This document shows, piece by piece, positions 62,301-64,000 of a DNA stretch of 64,000 bases. The notes beneath the pieces were generated by a model. The model searched no databases. It saw nothing but the letters and a program-made list of their open reading frames with translations, and was not told where the DNA came from. The stretch is from NCBI RefSeq assembly GCF_013315695.1, contig NZ_CP054353.1. One strand, given 5' to 3'. Positions within the stretch are counted from its first letter, which is position 1. Each line of letters starts with the position of its first letter. Source of the DNA: Escherichia coli (GTDB lineage Bacteria; Pseudomonadota; Gammaproteobacteria; Enterobacterales; Enterobacteriaceae). A program made the translations under genes and the position numbers.

Positions 62301-63041
62301 GGAGTTGTACCAGTCAGCAGATTCCGGTACGTCAGTTTGCTCGCCCCAGGTTTGCGGAGACGCAGGAGGCAGGTCGCAGTACCAGTCGTAGAAGCTTAAG
62401 CAAGTACCGCCAATCAGCGAAAGATAGCGTGCACCCGATGCGTAAGAAACCATCGACATTGCCGGAATTGGCGAGAAGCCAGCGACGCGGTCCGGGCCGT
62501 AGTTTTTGATGGTGTAAACGTTAGAGGCGGCGATCAGTTCATTCACTTCCTGCCAGGAAGAACGAACAAAACCACCGCGTCCACGCGCCTGCTTAAAGCT
62601 TTTCGCTTTATCGGCGTCTTCAATGATAGAAGCCCATGCCTCAACCGGATCGCTATGCAGCGCCTTCGCTTCACGCCACATTTTCATCAGGCGTTTGCGC
62701 ATCATTGGGTATTTCAGGCGGTTGGCGCTGTAAAGATACCAGGAGTAGCTGGCACCGCGCGGGCAGCCGCGAGGTTCATGGTTTGGCAGGTCCGGGCGAG
62801 TACGCGGATAGTCAGTCTGCTGGGTTTCCCAGGTCACCAGACCGTTTTTGACGTAGATTTTCCAGCTGCAGGAGCCGGTGCAGTTTACCCCGTGGGTAGA
62901 GCGGACGATTTTGTCATGCTGCCAACGCTGGCGATATCCATCCTCCCAGTCACGGTTGGTATTGAGAAGCTGGCCATGCCCATCGGCAAAGGTTTCACCC
63001 TTCTGTTTGAAGTAGCGAAACCGGTCCAGGAATTTACTCAT
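59298..63041 (-). CDS. narG: respiratory nitrate reductase 1 alpha subunit
   Basis: 1247-aa molybdopterin oxidoreductase MSKFLDRFRYFKQKGETFADGHGQ... Confidence 0.97.
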   Translation of the reverse strand: MSKFLDRFRYFKQKGETFADGHGQLLNTNRDWEDGYRQRWQHDKIVRSTHGVNCTGSCSWKIYVKNGLVTWETQQTDYPRTRPDLPNHEPRGCPRGASYSWYLYSANRLKYPMMRKRLMKMWREAKALHSDPVEAWASIIEDADKAKSFKQARGRGGFVRSSWQEVNELIAASNVYTIKNYGPDRVAGFSPIPAMSMVSYASGARYLSLIGGTCLSFYDWYCDLPPASPQTWGEQTDVPESADWYNSSYIIAWGSNVPQTRTPDAHFFTEVRYKGTKTVAVTPDYAEIAKLCDLWLAPKQGTDAAMALAMGHVMLREFHLDNPSQYFTDYVRRYTDMPMLVMLEERDGYYAAGRMLRAADLVDALGQENNPEWKTVAFNTNGEMVAPNGSIGFRWGEKGKWNLEQRDGKTGEETELQLSLLGSQDEIAEVGFPYFGGDGTEHFNKVELENVLLHKLPVKRLQLADGSTALVTTVYDLTLANYGLERGLNDVNCAASYDDVKAYTPAWAEQITGVSRSQIIRIAREFADNADKTHGRSMIIVGAGLNHWYHLDMNYRGLINMLIFCGCVGQSGGGWAHYVGQEKLRPQTGWQPLAFALDWQRPARHMNSTSYFYNHSSQWRYETVTAEELLSPMADKSRYTGHLIDFNVRAERMGWLPSAPQLGTNPLTIAREAEKAGMNPVDYTVKSLKEGSIRFAAEQPENGKNHPRNLFIWRSNLLGSSGKGHEFMLKYLLGTEHGIQGKDLGQQGGVKPEEVDWQDNGLEGKLDLVVTLDFRLSSTCLYSDIILPTATWYEKDDMNTSDMHPFIHPLSAAVDPAWEAKSDWEIYKAIARKFSEVCVGHLGKETDIVTLPIQHDSAAELAQPLDVKDWKKGECDLIPGKTAPHIMVVERDYPATYERFTSIGPLMEKIGNGGKGIAWNTQSEMDLLRKLNYTKAEGPAKGQPMLNTAIDAAEMILTLAPETNGQVAVKAWAALSEFTGRDHTHLALNKEDEKIRFRDIQAQPRKIISSPTWSGLEDEHVSYNAGYTNVHELIPWRTLSGRQQLYQDHQWMRDFGESLLVYRPPIDTRSVKEVMGQKSNGNPEKALNFLTPHQKWGIHSTYSDNLLMLTLGRGGPVVWLSEADAKDLGIADNDWIEVFNSNGALTARAVVSQRVPAGMTMMYHAQERIVNLPGSEITQQRGGIHNSVTRITPKPTHMIGGYAHLAYGFNYYGTVGSNRDEFVVVRKMKNIDWLDGEGNDQVQESVK

Positions 63042-63132
63042 CGGTTTTCTCCTGTGGGAGCCTGTCGGCCCTCTGATAAATCGACATTGCTAATGTTTAA
63101 GGGCAAAGTAACGCTCTGAAACAGCGTGAGAA

Positions 63133-63146
63133 TTGATAACGATCAA
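63133..63146. promoter_or_regulatory. FNR box in the narG promoter
   Basis: Perfect TTGAT-AACG-ATCAA about 92 bp upstream of the narG start codon; NarL-heptamer-like TACCCCT further upstream (about 63184-63190). Confidence 0.7.
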
Positions 63147-63434
63147 GAGTGATGGGGATGAAAAATAAAGTAAATTCCTAAGATACCCCTTTAGGATAAT
63201 TAGCAGTTACAGCATAACACGCTGTAAATTAAGACGTTTTATACCTGTAGTTATTTAAACTATTAAGATTTTTATGCAGATGGGTATTAAGGAGTATTCC
63301 CCATGGGTAACATATTAATGGCTCTTAATGAAATCCGGCGAAATAAGCCAATATAATATGAGTATGTTGTAACTAAATGACGCATAAAAAAAGCGCGACA
63401 TCATGCCGCGCAAAGGATAATCAAATATTAAGAT

Positions 63435-64000
63435 TTATTTTTTAGAATGCCGACCATATACCGCCCAGGTAATCACCACGCAGGCGATATAGAAAATCAA
63501 AAATACTTTCATTGCGCCGACTGGCGAACCCGTTAATGCCAGCGAGCTACCAAACGCTTTCGGGATAAAGAAGCCACCAATCGCGCCAATCGCAGAGATG
63601 AAACCCAGCGCCGCCGCCGTGTCGGTTGCCGCTTCACGCATCGCACGTTCGTCAGAACCCCCTTCTGCTTTCACGCGATCCATTGTCAGTTTACGGAAGA
63701 TCACGGAAATCATCTGGAAAGTGGAACCACTACCCAGCCCAGCTGTCAGGAACAGCGCCAGGAAGACTGCGAAGAACGCCATGAAGCTTCCGCCCTGTCC
63801 GTCAGTCGGTAAGGTCAGGAACAGCAGGCCGCTGAAAATCGCCATCAGGATAAAGTTCACCAGCGTGACACGAGTTCCGCCCAGACGGTCAGATAATGCA
63901 CCACCTGCAGAACGCGCCAGCGCACCAATAAACGGCCCGAAGAAAGCGTATTGCAGAATCTGAACATCCGGGAACTGCGTTTTTGACAGCATCGCAAAGC
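63435..64000 (-). CDS. narK: nitrate/nitrite antiporter NarK, 3' portion (5' end outside window)
   Basis: MFS-type membrane ORF running off the window end, upstream of narG on the same strand. Confidence 0.85.
   Translation of the reverse strand, partial: FAMLSKTQFPDVQILQYAFFGPFIGALARSAGGALSDRLGGTRVTLVNFILMAIFSGLLFLTLPTDGQGGSFMAFFAVFLALFLTAGLGSGSTFQMISVIFRKLTMDRVKAEGGSDERAMREAATDTAAALGFISAIGAIGGFFIPKAFGSSLALTGSPVGAMKVFLIFYIACVVITWAVYGRHSKK

Overview
This window is an Escherichia coli chromosomal segment with three accessory insertions. The core gene order is trpB(partial)-trpA-yciG-yciF-yciE / ompW-yciC-yciB-yciA-tonB-yciI / kch-yciY-clsA-yciU-oppFDCBA-ychE-adhE / tdk-hns-galU-rssB-rssA-ychJ-purU-tyrT-tyrV-narIJHG-narK(partial). 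Gene identities are from reading the translated ORFs; comparisons to K-12 are from memory, not from a search. (1) Positions 3690-24984 hold a defective lambdoid (Rac/Qin-like) prophage between yciE and ompW. It keeps int/xis, a large DEDDh exonuclease, an immunity region with recognisable operators, O-like and DnaC-like replication genes with in-gene iterons, a nin-like region with a hok-type toxin and a QueH-like protein, Q, an orphan DNA methyltransferase, three tRNA genes, a NanS-p-like esterase and a pinholin / SAR-endolysin / Rz-Rz1 lysis cassette. It has no head or tail genes; the junction with yciE is an IS1 copy with no target duplication, and yciE is a pseudogene. (2) Positions about 29430-34000 hold an AT-rich island between yciI and kch, with a truncated SRAP gene, a sulfatase-family membrane protein, a dinI-like gene with a LexA box, a tail-fibre fragment, an internally deleted IS3-family element and a P4-type integrase fragment. 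(3) An intact IS4 with a 12-bp target duplication sits just downstream of adhE. I found no CRISPR array, no Shiga-toxin genes and no complete known defence system. The best candidates for undescribed function are all inside the prophage: a convergent ORF pair inside the lysis cassette (5294-5876), the early-left cluster with an antisense ORF (19133-20962) next to a hairpin-rich non-coding stretch (20057-20588), and the QueH-like cargo gene. None of these is demonstrated; each needs homology searches and expression data.
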